This document shows positions 52,087 to 64,000 of a stretch of DNA of 64,000 nt, one piece after another; position 1 is the first letter of the stretch; every line of letters starts with the position of its first letter. The position numbers and the translations under genes were made by a program. Below the pieces are notes generated by a model. That model searched no databases and had not been told where the DNA came from. It saw only the letters and a program-made list of their open reading frames with translations. This DNA is from Octopus vulgaris (Eukaryota), in contig OX597834.1 of the NCBI GenBank assembly GCA_951406725.2, positions 4,650,001 through 4,714,000 on the forward strand, given 5' to 3'.

Positions 52087-52294
52087 ACTCTCTTTACTCT
52101 TTTACTCTTTTCAGTCATTTGACTGCGGCCATGCTGGAGCACCACCTTTAGTCGAGCAAATCGACCCCGGGACTTATTCTTTGTAAGCCCAGTACATATT
52201 CTATCGGTCTCTTTTGCCGAACCGCTAAGTGACGGGGACGTAAACACACCAGCATCGGTTGTCAAGCAATGTTGGGGGGACAAACACAGACACA

Positions 52295-52346
<52 letters not shown>

Positions 52347-52513
52347 CATACGACGGGTTTCTTTCAGTTTCCGCTTACCAAGTCCACTCACAAGGCTTTG
52401 GTCAACACGAGGCTATAGTAGAAGACACTTGCCCAAGATGCCACGCAGTGGGATTGAACCCGGAACCATGTGGTTGGTTAGCAAGCTACTTACCACACAG
52501 CCACTCCTACGCC
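52087..52513 (-). mobile_element. SINE family A
   Basis: Same structure as 2970-3415. Confidence 0.92.
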
Positions 52514-53018
52514 TATCCTATGAATCACCAATTAAATTTTAATATATTTACTATATACCAATGTAATGACGGAGCACCTGAACAACAGCGGAGAAACAAT
52601 GAAACTGCACTCGTTGAAAAATTTCGATCGCACTTAAACACATTTAATTAAATTTGATTACCTTTATATCTATTGCTACTATTAATAGTAGAAAATTAAT
52701 AATCTATTTATTAGCTCCGCTGTTGCTGCCAATAACATTCTTTTATTACCTCCTCTGCTAGCATCAGCCTCTATTACGAAATTAAAACATCATCAACAAC
52801 GACAGATTGTTTTGAAATGATGAAATTATAACAACATTAATTACAAAATCATAATTCCAGAAAGAGAAACGGACTGATTATGTAAGCATTATATTTCATA
52901 AACTAATATTTTTATCATGAAGTCGTCAGTGCGTTTTTGTTTCTACTTACATTATACATACACACACGTACATACTCACACACACATATATACACATATA
53001 TATGTGTATGTATGTATA

Positions 53019-54100
53019 TCTACAATATAAATTGTTCTGTGTGTGTGTGTGTGAATGGGTAAAATATTATAACGGCCGTATTTTTCGACTGATTTTCTCC
53101 AAACTGGGAACATATATTACTTATGTTCCAAGGATGGCTTTAGGCTCTTAAAATTTTTCACTTAATAAGTAACGAAACCCTTTGGAGCAGAAAATACCCG
53201 TTCCTGGGTTACGTGCAGAAGGGAGGTAACTCTCTGTGTAGTAACTTTCAGAAATTGATTGTCTCCTATAAATAAATAAAAAATATTAATTTTTATATTA
53301 GATTCACGACTTTGGAAGTCTTTTTATATTTATTTCCGGTTCTCTAGCGTCAGTGAAGTCCACATCTCTCTATCTATATCTCTATATCCATCTCTTTCTA
53401 TCTATCTCTATCTCTATATATCTCTCTATCAATCTCTATCTCTTTATCTATCTATCTCTCTATATCAATTTATCTATATCTTACCTATATCTATCTTATT
53501 TATCTAACTAGCTCTCTCTCTCTCTCTTCATCTCACTCTCTATTGTTTTCACTTTCATATTTCCGGCGCTTTAAGTTCAATCGCTATTGTTTTCGCTGTA
53601 TGTTTTCAATCACTATTTACAAACAACAACAACAACAAATTACTGACAGAAAGAAGTTCACTATTACCGATAAAAGTAATTTCGTACATAATATACTGAC
53701 AGAAGTAACTTCATAAACTTCACTTTAATCCGTACACTTCGTTATTTTCGTTTGTAGCATATAAAACATGTGGTACTTTGGTCAGTATTTAGCAGAGACA
53801 TGATGAGAGATAGACTCAGCTTGACGGAGAATAGCAAAGAAATTAAAACAGATTGAGGAACGTTGAAATTTACAAGCAGTGGTAGAAGCATTCTCCATCG
53901 AACAAACTTGTGCGCGCACAGACACACAGACACAGTCACTTATTTCACAGCCACTCCTTCTATATCTGTCACAGCCGCGTAATGTGCTATTTAAAATTCA
54001 AGGCATATGGGTTATCTTCCAATTCTTTGTCCTTGCAACATTAACGTCAATTGAAAATTATCAGCCCGGGCAACGCCGGGTATTTCGGTATCTCGCTTTG
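53019..54100 (+). mobile_element. Probable longer non-autonomous Helitron
   Basis: A|TCTACAATATAAA start and CCCGGGCAACGCCGGG hairpin at about 54065-54080; CTAG end not found. Confidence 0.5.
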
Positions 54101-54630
54101 CTTTTAATATATACTATTATATGTGTGTATATTAGTGTGTGTGTGTGGTTGTGTTAGGATGTGTTCAGATGTGCGAGCGCATCTGCATATGTTCATAAGG
54201 TAGAAATAATATCTCACCAGCTGTTCTACTAAAACACCGAGAATAATTGCCTCTTTTCTAATATTTGATTTCCCAGGCAGATGGAAATGTCTAGTTTTCC
54301 TGGTTTTTAATAACTTTCTTCATTTCCTTCACATAATCAAGATGCGAACAAGTACATTGGGAAATGACAGTAATTTCGTTCTACGTGGTCCACTTGAGAA
54401 AACAATGCGTACAATGTCGCCGATTTCACTCAGTTGGTGGTCCTACATTTATTTGTCTTTATAATATTTCTGTTTAATACGAACTCAATTAATAGTAACG
54501 TTTGAGCGGATAAATACAGAGAACAGACTGTTGTACCTCGAGGCAGCTTTTGAGAGCAGTAATAATATTAAAAGATAGATAACGAACAATTTTCATTTTG
54601 TTTATATATATATAGATATATATATACTAT

Positions 54631-54964
54631 AGGCGCAGGAGTGGCTGTGTGGTAAGTAGCTTGCTTACCAACCACATAGTTCCGGGTTCAGTCTAACTGC
54701 GTGGCACCTTGGGCAAATGTCTTCTACTATAGTCTCGGGCCGACCAAAGCCTTGTGAGTGGATTTGGTAGACGGAAACTGAAAGAAGTCCATGGTATATA
54801 TGTATATATATATGTATATATATAGTTATCAGTAATAATATAGGGTGAAATTAATTAATTTGGAATAATCATTAATTTCACCAAGTAGATTTCGGCATGT
54901 AAAAGCCTCATTCGAGGAAAGTTTAAGTAATACTAAGTATTAGGTTTAGCTATCTATCTATCTT

Positions 54965-55005
<41 letters not shown>

Positions 55006-55029
55006 TTCGGTGTGTGGTGACAAATCGTC

Positions 55030-55128
<99 letters not shown>

Positions 55129-55277
55129 GTGTGTGTGTGTATGTATGTGTGTGTATATGTTTCTCTGTGTTTGGCCCCCTAACATCGCTTGATAATCGAT
55201 GCTGATATGTTTACGTCCCAGTAACTTAGCGGTTCGGCAAAAGAGACCGATAGAATAAGTGCTAGGCTTACAAAGAG
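54631..55277 (+). mobile_element. SINE family A with a nested insert (54825-54950) in its TA tract
   Basis: Head at 54631, 3' part from about 55150; insert homologous to 50450-50541 and to the start of the 545-bp unit. Confidence 0.85.
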
Positions 55278-56177
55278 TTTAAGCCTATTTATAATATTGT
55301 ATGGAATACGAATTTAAAAATAAAAGTATTGATATATACATAAGACCAATAAAAGAACATTCGCCGGAATAAGAATAGTAATCGAAGTGATAAGCTCCAT
55401 CTTTATATTTGAAATTGCAGAAGTTACAGAAATACTAGATAAGTAATCCGTATGAACAGGATTGCTGTCATATTGATCGGGTGCATATAAGATTTGATAT
55501 TAGTAGCAGAAATGAAAGGGCAGAAACAACGGGGGCATAAATTAAGAAGGCGCATAAATTTCCATAATTTTATATTTATTTAGATGGATTATAAATAGTA
55601 ACATATGTGTCACCCATGGTTGGTTGGGTGATATCTATTTTAATTCAACGCAATAATTACGAAATGACATCTTTATTCTATGTCCACGATTGATATCCAA
55701 TTCAATTCGCTTACTTAGCAGGTATCGATTATCAACCATAAAATCCCAAACTGCTTCAGCTGCATTAATAGAAAGTGGCGAAGAGTGCATAACAGACACC
55801 CGTTTCGCATTCCCTGGTAAGGTTTAGGGTACATCTTTTGGAAACCATGTAATGTCCAAAACCATTATCCCTTTCTACATTGCATTTATTCATTATGTTA
55901 TTACACACCCATTTCCCGTCTCAAGAACAGTCCTTAGAAGTCCTTAGAAATCAGTTACAATTATGGTTATTACTACAGAGAAGATTCTATCTGATATCTA
56001 TACTGGGACTCTGTAAATCATCAAGATTATATATTTTGTACCGGTAGACATTGGGTGTGGACATGTACAGGCATAAGATCCCAGAGCTATTTGTAACACT
56101 CTTCTCCGAGGCCTGAATTTTTTCAAATAGAGTTAAAAGGTTATAAGATGCTCTTTCTCTTAAGCTTCGATCTTGGT

Positions 56178-56591
56178 TACTCTTACTCTTTACACTTTTA
56201 CTTGTTTCAGTCATTTGACTGCGACCATGCTGGAGCACCGCCTTTAGTCGAGCAAATCGACCCCAGGACTTATTCTTTGTAAGCCTAGTACTTATTCTAT
56301 TGGTCTCTTTTGCCGAACCGCTAAGTAACGGGGACGTAAGCACACCAGCATCGGTTGTCAAGCAACGCTAGGGGGACAAACACAGACACACAAACACATA
56401 CATACATATATATATATATACATATATACGACGTGCTTCTTTCAGCTCCTGTCTACCAAATCCACTCACAAAGCTTTAGTCGGCCCGAGGCTATAGTAGA
56501 AGACACTTGCTCAAGTTGCCACGCAGTGGGACTGAACCCGGAACCATGTGGTTGGTAAGCAAGCTACTTACCACACAGCCACTCCTGCGCC
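56178..56591 (-). mobile_element. SINE family A
   Basis: Same structure as 2970-3415. Confidence 0.92.
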
Positions 56592-58030
56592 TATGTGCAC
56601 AATTGTCATTATTTTTAACTAAACCTTAGTGAAGTTTGCTGTAGGTGCCGCTAAATTTGGAGTTGTGGAATAGGGAAGTTTAATCGTTTTCTCTCTTTTT
56701 TTTTTCAAACGTTCGATGTTGCCGCAGAAACTTGTTACACAGTAAACATTGTGATAAGTTTTTAATTGATTATACAGTATTGTATTATGCCAGCTAATAT
56801 TGATCCTCCCATTTCTTTTCTCAATTTTTAATCCATCTTAAGTTTACTACCATAGAATTAGCTACCCTCATATTTTCCAAGTGAGACTGACATTCAAGGA
56901 ACCGCACCTATACAGTGTTTTGTGTTTTCATTACGTCCCCTTATTTAACTAAGGATCGCTTATAACATGCTTTGTTTTTAATTCGGTTATCGTAAGTACT
57001 AGGCTTCCAAAAAGTACTGGGGCCGATTATTGCGGCTAAAAATCCTCAAAGTGGTGCTCCAGAATGGCTGTAGAAGATAAAGGATAGTATTCATTCGAAT
57101 TAACAAATTATCTGCTCCGATTATATTTTTGCATTTGTGAAAGCAATGAATGTTATGTTTTCATGTATTCAGTCTATGTTCAATATATTGCGTTTCTCCG
57201 TTCATATCCTTTCTCAGAAAGATTAACCCTGTATTTTTAGGTTTCATACATATTTTACTTAGTACATGAAGAATGAATGAAGTATTTTATTAACACCGAA
57301 TTAATGCCAACTAGCGAAAAGCTTCCAGCGTAACGTAACTTTGGTTGTTCATGTAAATGTTTAGCCTTCATCTGCGAAATACCACCCACATTTTTAAGGA
57401 ACGGAAAACAAATTGTAGCATTCTGACAGCAAAATGCACAGCTGCTTTGGTGACGCTACAGTATTTGAAAGAAATCAAGTGAATTGTTAAGGAGCATCTT
57501 GCGTCAACATCGTGTAATCATTTAGAAGCAATAAAAAATGCTAGTAATTCATCAATTCCCGAAATTAACTCGAAAAACAGTGGGACAAGATGTTTTAAAA
57601 TATTTAGTGAGCCAGTTATCAATTAAAATTTTTCTGTGACTACAATTCCGAGAAAAATAATGCACTATCAACTATATTTGAATTGCATATTTTCTTTACA
57701 TGCATTTCGTTTCTTGCATATGAATGATATCAATGATCAGTAATATTTAATGAAGTATTCGTACTTAAATTAATGAAATATTTCGCGTACATTTTCTTTG
57801 ATACATGCTACATTTAAAGAATTTCAATCTAAATCAATTTTTTGCAACATAATTAAAACGGAGCAATTTCTTGGTGACGTTGCATTCTTCTTACTATCGA
57901 AAATGTCAGTAGTTCTACAAATGACGTCATTTAGGATTCTGCCTCCATGATATGTTAATGGGAGGAGAATTGTTAATGGCGTTATTTGTAGAAGTAATGA
58001 CAGTTTCGAATAGCTCAAGATACACTGGCC

Positions 58031-58103
<73 letters not shown>

Positions 58104-58124
58104 ATATATATATATATATTTTTG

Positions 58125-58159
<35 letters not shown>

Positions 58160-58167
58160 CACACACA

Positions 58168-58222
<55 letters not shown>

Positions 58223-58279
58223 CTGTCTGTCTGTATGTATGCATGTAATTGTTTATTTATCATCTCCCTACTGATGAAA

Positions 58280-58490
58280 GGGCATGCCTTATTGGTTAGG
58301 GTGTTGGACTCCTGATTATAAGATTGTTTTTTCGATTCCTGGCCTTGTGTTTTTGAGCAACATACTTAATTTCATGTTGTTCCAGTCGACTCAACTAGCA
58401 GAAGCAACTAATCCTGTAACGGACCGCCGAGCCGTCCAGAGGGGAATATATATACCATAGAATCCGGGAAACCGGCCTTATGAGCCTTAG
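58280..58490 (+). mobile_element. Possible old tRNA-derived SINE of a third family
   Basis: TGGTTAGGGTGTTGGACT...TTCGATTCC tRNA-like head followed by TTGAGCAA..ACTT CORE-like segment. Confidence 0.45.
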
Positions 58491-58504
58491 GCGCGAGAAA
58501 GTCC

Positions 58505-58583
<79 letters not shown>

Positions 58584-59288
58584 CATCCATCCATCCATCC
58601 ATCCATCTATCTTTCTTTCTTTCTATGCGTGTTCGCATACATATATACACATAAATATGTATACACATACAAACAGATACACAGACATATTTTCCTCAAA
58701 TGGTAAAAGAATAACATGCCACTAGTTCTTTGTAATTTCTCGAGAGGGTGCGCACAAAACTAGTATACTGCGATCACCGAAACTATGAAACTAAAATAGC
58801 GGAATTAAATTACCAAGATTTCGTGGAATCATTGCTTTTTCATAATGTATTTGTTTATACCAACAATTTCTTTTTCCAGTATATCCCTAATCTATGGATC
58901 AACACACACACCTAGAAAACCCAAGAAATAAACTGCAGCTCCATTCAATAGATAAACAAGTTTGCTTTCCTTCAATCTAGATAAATAAAACACCTGTATA
59001 CAGAAAAATAAAAACCACACCAGTCTCTATGCTAGGTTGAACGGTGTATGATAAATGCCGAGAAATGGAAATTTTTTGTAACAGAGTCCAGTTAAGCGAA
59101 CTCTGCTCTGGCGAGCACCTAAACACAGAGAGAATTCCTCAATGTCATTATCATATGGCCTGCTAAAAATTTCAGCATAGAAATAGAAAACAACACTTTA
59201 TAGAAAAGAACATTTTATATAATATAATCCATGTTTCTAATTATATATATAGTGAATGAAAAAAGTATCGCCAGGCGAGAATGACTTA

Positions 59289-59344
<56 letters not shown>

Positions 59345-59564
59345 CACAGATAGCTCAAGACAAGTAGTCACGATTATGGTTGACTTCAAGATGTCTGTTA
59401 TTATTTTCCCTCGATATGCTTGTTATATTTTCAAATGTTAAAAAACGGGCGACATAATTTCGATAAGTGTTCACTTCTTCATTGATAAAATATGAACAGT
59501 AACAAAAATATAAGCATACTGTTGCAACATTGTTTCATTATTTATTGTTACAAAAATGTGGAGC

Positions 59565-59752
59565 GCTGGGCTAAACGTTAGCACGCCGGGCGAAATTCTT
59601 AGCAGTATTTCGTCTGCCGTTACGTTCTGAGCTCAAATTTTGCCGAGGTCGACTTTGCCTTTCATCCTTTCGGGGTCGATAAATTAAGTACCAGTTACGC
59701 ACTGGGGTCGATATAATCGACTTAATCCCTTTGTCTGTCCTTGTTTGTCCCC
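59565..59752 (+). mobile_element. SINE family B
   Basis: CGTTAGCACGCCGGGCGAAAT...TTTGTCCCC. Confidence 0.87.
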
Positions 59753-59757
59753 CCGCC

Positions 59758-60490
59758 TGGAAAAGATCAGGACATTTTATTACATCTGGTAAAGTATAGA
59801 ATAAGAAAATTTTTACTTAATATACTGCAGCTAAGGATAAAATTTGAATATTAAAAATCATTTGATTTTAATTTACAAAGTAACATTATAATTAAAAAAG
59901 GCACCATCATTTTAGTAAAACATTGACACGCTAAAATACTTTAAAAATGAAGTACCAGAAGTACCAACATGACTAAAGTTTTATGCAAAGTAGAAGAGTA
60001 TATATGGTAGGAAAATTCATTATGTAAAAAATAGGTATTTGGTCAAGACTAAAAATGTGAAGACTTGGCAAGAACTTTCAAAATAACTCAAGCAAACTTT
60101 ACTGTGAATTTGTTGCTATAGGTAGATTGTACTGTAATATATAACTAATTTTGTATTATTCGATTTATTATACTAACTAATTATGTACTACTATCATTTT
60201 AAAACCTATTTTCAAATTTTTTTATTATTAATTAATAATTTTAAAAAATGAATATTTTAAAGTGCAAAAATATTTTAATTGAGTAAGTTTGTTTTATTAT
60301 TAATAGAAGTAAGAAGTAATAACAGATAGAAGTTATAACTTGTAATGAACATTTTTACTTTTAATAAAAACTAATAGTTTCTAAATCTAAATATTTTATT
60401 TGAAATTTTATCCTTAGCTTCAATATTTTAAGTAAAAAATTTCTTGTTCTGTACTTTACCAGATTTAATAATGTGTCCTGTATTTTTCCA
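59758..60490. mobile_element. AT-rich MITE/foldback-like element with ~90-bp degenerate TIRs
   Basis: TGGAAAAGATCAGGACA..ATCTGGTAAAGTA..AGCTAAGGATAAAATTT versus AAATTTTATCCTTAGCT..TACTTTACCAGAT..TGTCCTGTATTTTTCCA. Confidence 0.72.
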
Positions 60491-60787
60491 TCTGTAATAA
60501 CTTGTGCTGTGCTTTTCCAGGTTTATTATCTTAAGAATATTATTTCCCTTGCTCGCATTTTCCAATGTAACAATAAAATGAAACGTAATATTAAAAAAAA
60601 GGCACATATGATAAAGTGGGTCTACGAAACAAAAGAAATATATTTATGATATTTCAGAATATATCATTAACATAATGACATATCTATTAAAACATTTCTA
60701 ACAGGTATTTTTTACAACACGTCCAATCTTCATTATCGACAACAAAATTCATAAAATAACTCCATAACTACGTGTCATCAAATACTG

Positions 60788-60992
60788 TTTTCAAATTTTG
60801 GCACAAGTTCCGCAAGTCTGGGGTAAGGAGTAAGCAGATTACATCGACCCCAGTCCTCAACTGGTACTTGTTTATCGACACCGAGAGGATGAAAGGCAAA
60901 GTTCACCTCGGCGGCATTTGAATTCAGAGCGTATACAACGGATGAAATACAGCTAAGCCTTTTCCCAGCATGGCAACGGTTCTGTCAGCTCA
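60788..60992 (-). mobile_element. SINE family B, degenerate
   Basis: ATTACATCGACCCCAG..GGATGAAAGGCAAAG. Confidence 0.75.
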
Positions 60993-61699
60993 CTGCTTTA
61001 ATATGTCATTTCATATTGGATGTTATACTCTATTACTGTGGTGGGGGAGCAGGTCTGTACAAAAAATATACAAAAGCCTATTTATTTGGAGGCCACCTTA
61101 CATGTTCCATATTAAATTCAAAACAATTTACTTTATTTTTCTATCAGTAGTATCAAATGGAAAAGTTGTGTATGTCAATATTCCATTTTGGAAACCAATA
61201 AATCTTCTGTATTCATTCACATGACTCTCCGTACTTAAATCTCTACATCGCTACATAATACAAGAGAAATAACTCCAAACACACACACACACAAACTCAA
61301 ACACACGCACACATTTATATAAACAATGTAGTATACATACATGTACACAACAAAATCAAATGCATGTATAGTTTTACCGATATATTGAGAGGCCAACTAG
61401 AACTTGTATGATAAAATTTTAAACATAATGTATAAAAGATTGCGATAATGTTCCCATGGCAAACATGAAACTGAAAGAATAGTTAATTTTTTTTTATATA
61501 TAGAAAACTCTTCCATTGTGAAATTTTATTTTTGTTGTTTGTTGATTGAGTAATTTGTCGAAATTATAGAAAATTCTGTCGTTTTCTGTTCAAACTAATA
61601 ATTCTGCATATTTTCAGTATTGTACACATTTACATCTAATTACAATTTTCCTTCATTGAATTTACCTTATGTTAAACTTAATGCTAGAAAATTACTACA

Positions 61700-63335
61700 T
61701 AAACAGATTTTTTTCCAGAACTCACCCTGCTCTTGTATACATAGATGCATTGGAATCAACATTTTCAGCTGATATAGGCATGAAATTTGGCCAAAAGTTA
61801 TAGACATGGAATTTGACTATAGAACGAGGAAAGTCAGTCCCCCAAACCCAAAATCTGTGCATCAGTGGACTCTCTATCGCGCTCATCCCATATAAAGAAT
61901 ACAAGTACCTGGACATAGACGAAAATGTAGCATATGTGAATCGAAATAGAGTGACCCGGGAAGATTACACCCGACTTAGGAAACTCTCCTCTAACAACAA
62001 AACAATATCCCACAATACATTTGCAGTACAAATACCGATCCTAACATTTGAAATACTTGATTGGTCTGTAGAGGAAACCCACTCCGTACATATAAAACCC
62101 CGCAAAATCCTGACAAAAAATGGGAAATTCTACAGAAACAGTGATGTTGATAGTCTCTACCTAAGAAGAAATGAAGGTGGTAGAGGCCTGCGATCAGTGT
62201 AGATGGCCTTCAAATGCCGTATGGTATCACTCAAATGCCGTGTCGTATCACTCAGGCTAAATAACAGGAAAAATAAATATATAGATGCAGTGCTGAAAAG
62301 TGAAGTCAACAACATTGTACGAGTTGGCAGTGAGCTCTTCAAGAAGCACTCTCTTCCAAATGATCTCCTATACAGCCTCAAAAAAGCTGGGCTCTCTTAC
62401 TTACCTTAGAGGAGACCTGGATGGAAAGCACTAAGCATAAAAAAAGACAAAAGACTATGAATGGGTATTTTGCCCAGAAGCCTGAAGAAGACAGTAGAAT
62501 TAACACGAAGCGCTGCCTCTCTTGGACATAAGGCCACTACCTCACATCACACTTTGAGGGCTATGCGTTTGCAATCCAGGAATAGATTGCCACAAAGTAC
62601 CTGGTGAACAAGAGAGACAGTGACGCTCTTGTAATCCCAAGGTGCAACCGCATGTGTAGTCTATGTCATGTTTCTGTGGAAGACATCATGCATACGATTA
62701 GCAGCTGTCCTAAAATATCGTCAGAGTACTACCTGCCTAAGCGGCACGATGCTGTTGCTAAAGCAATTTACAATGCCAACCGCAAAAAAAGTCTGTCCTG
62801 AAAATCCCTCTGTTATGGAATACATTCATAGACAGTAACTCAAGGAATACTGGTGGAATATTCCCATCAAAACGTCTGTCAAATGTAAATATAATAGGAG
62901 GCTTATTGTTGTTTCAGATATATGGGCAAAGGTATATACCATTATAGAGTTCAGCGGCCCTGCAGATATAAATTTTCTCTTGGAAAATCGAAGTAAAATA
63001 GGATATCTAAGGACAACTGCTTCAAAACCTTCAGCTTCTATATCCAGATTATGAATTCCTATTCATACCAATAATAATTGGAGCACTAGGTTTTGTTAGG
63101 AAATGCTTAAAGTAGAATCTGGGTAAACTGGGATTTTCAGAAAGAGAAAACGATCGGCTGATTTGTACATTACAAGAGCTATCTGTGAGTGGAACAGTAA
63201 AAGTATGCGAGACTTTTCTCAAGTTCCAAATGTGAATTAGTCTGTGTTAATTACATCGCAAAGATGGAACCTTGTATCTTTGTTGGAAACTGGTTCCCTG
63301 TTCAGTGGAAGATTTATAATAATTAGAAAATAGAA
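61700..63335 (+). mobile_element. 5'-truncated, decayed R4/Dong-like non-LTR retrotransposon (RT C-terminus, CCHC knuckle, restriction-like endonuclease)
   Basis: YKYL..; NK..SHNTFAV..L..EILDW; SDVDSLYLRRNEGGRGL; CSLC..EDIMHTISSC..RHDAVAK; WWNIPI; IIEFS; IPIIIGALG; ends next to (CA)n. Confidence 0.8.
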
Positions 63336-63371
<36 letters not shown>

Positions 63372-63676
63372 AATATATGAATATACACAGGTCTGGCCAA
63401 TAGTCACCCGACAGTAACTAAAAAAATTGCATAAATAATTAATAATCAATTTTATTTATTCATTCCAATAATGATTGCTTAATAATTGAATGCTGTGAGT
63501 TAAAATCCCAAATTGTTTTCAATATTTGCCTTTTTATTAGCGAAGTCTCATATAAAACATTTAAAAAAAAATCTTGGAATTAAATGGTTTTGAATTACTG
63601 TCAGGTGAGTTTTGGCCATCCTGTGCATTATATATATATATATTTATATATATGTGTGTGTTTGTGTGTGTGTGCA

Positions 63677-63730
<54 letters not shown>

Positions 63731-63734
<4 letters not shown>

Positions 63735-64000
63735 TAAAAACGGTAAGATAACAAAAGATATATATACATATATCTTAGACTACCCGTTACATGTTGGGTC
63801 ACCGGGAGACTCTGAGTTTCCCAGCAACGGAGTTTTGTTTCGTACGTTTTTTTCTTTACCAGGTTATTTCGCATGCTTTCAACGAATGTGACATCGAAAT
63901 CTCGCGTAAACGGCTCCTTTCCCCAGAAAAGGAAAGCTCTAGCTGCTATTTTTTGCACGGGGTCTTTTATTGCAAATTTGGACTCCTTTATCGCAAATAG
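63731..64000 (-). mobile_element. TA-embedded element related to the 16517 fold-back family, truncated by the window end
   Basis: Shared end TTGGTAAAA(A)CGGTAAGATAACAAAA and shared GAAACTCAGAGT helix III segment (minus, about 63808-63820). Confidence 0.6.

Noticed and set aside
58271-58292. CTGATGA-AAGG..CCTT hammerhead start
   Set aside because: No GAAA or helix III follows
58736-58790. Possible plus-strand degenerate hammerhead (GGTG..CACC-GAAAC)
   Set aside because: Core and cleavage triplet both deviate too far

Overview
AT-rich, microsatellite-saturated eukaryotic DNA. The SINE families look like those of Octopus (inference). I found no confidently supported host protein-coding gene; most listed ORFs are microsatellite or SINE artefacts. 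The window is a mosaic of mobile DNA: two tRNA-derived SINE families (about 25 copies), non-autonomous Helitrons, a pogo-type and a mariner DNA transposon, MITEs, and decayed CR1-like, R4/Dong-like and Ty3/Gypsy retroelements. The main finding is a set of short non-coding inserts, mostly in (TA)n tracts, from about 7 distinct sequence families. They carry minimal type I hammerhead ribozyme motifs, often with a palindromic helix III (14 motifs found by eye, plus one half motif). They occur as solo copies, as large fold-back palindromes (16.6-17.5 kb, 32.4-32.7 kb), and as a 545-bp tandem array with an inverted, circularly permuted copy (21.7-23.6 kb). This resembles Penelope pLTR-derived or retrozyme-like elements. 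Several motifs have unusual core variants, including a compensatory A3-U8 pair. Ribozyme activity is inferred, not shown.
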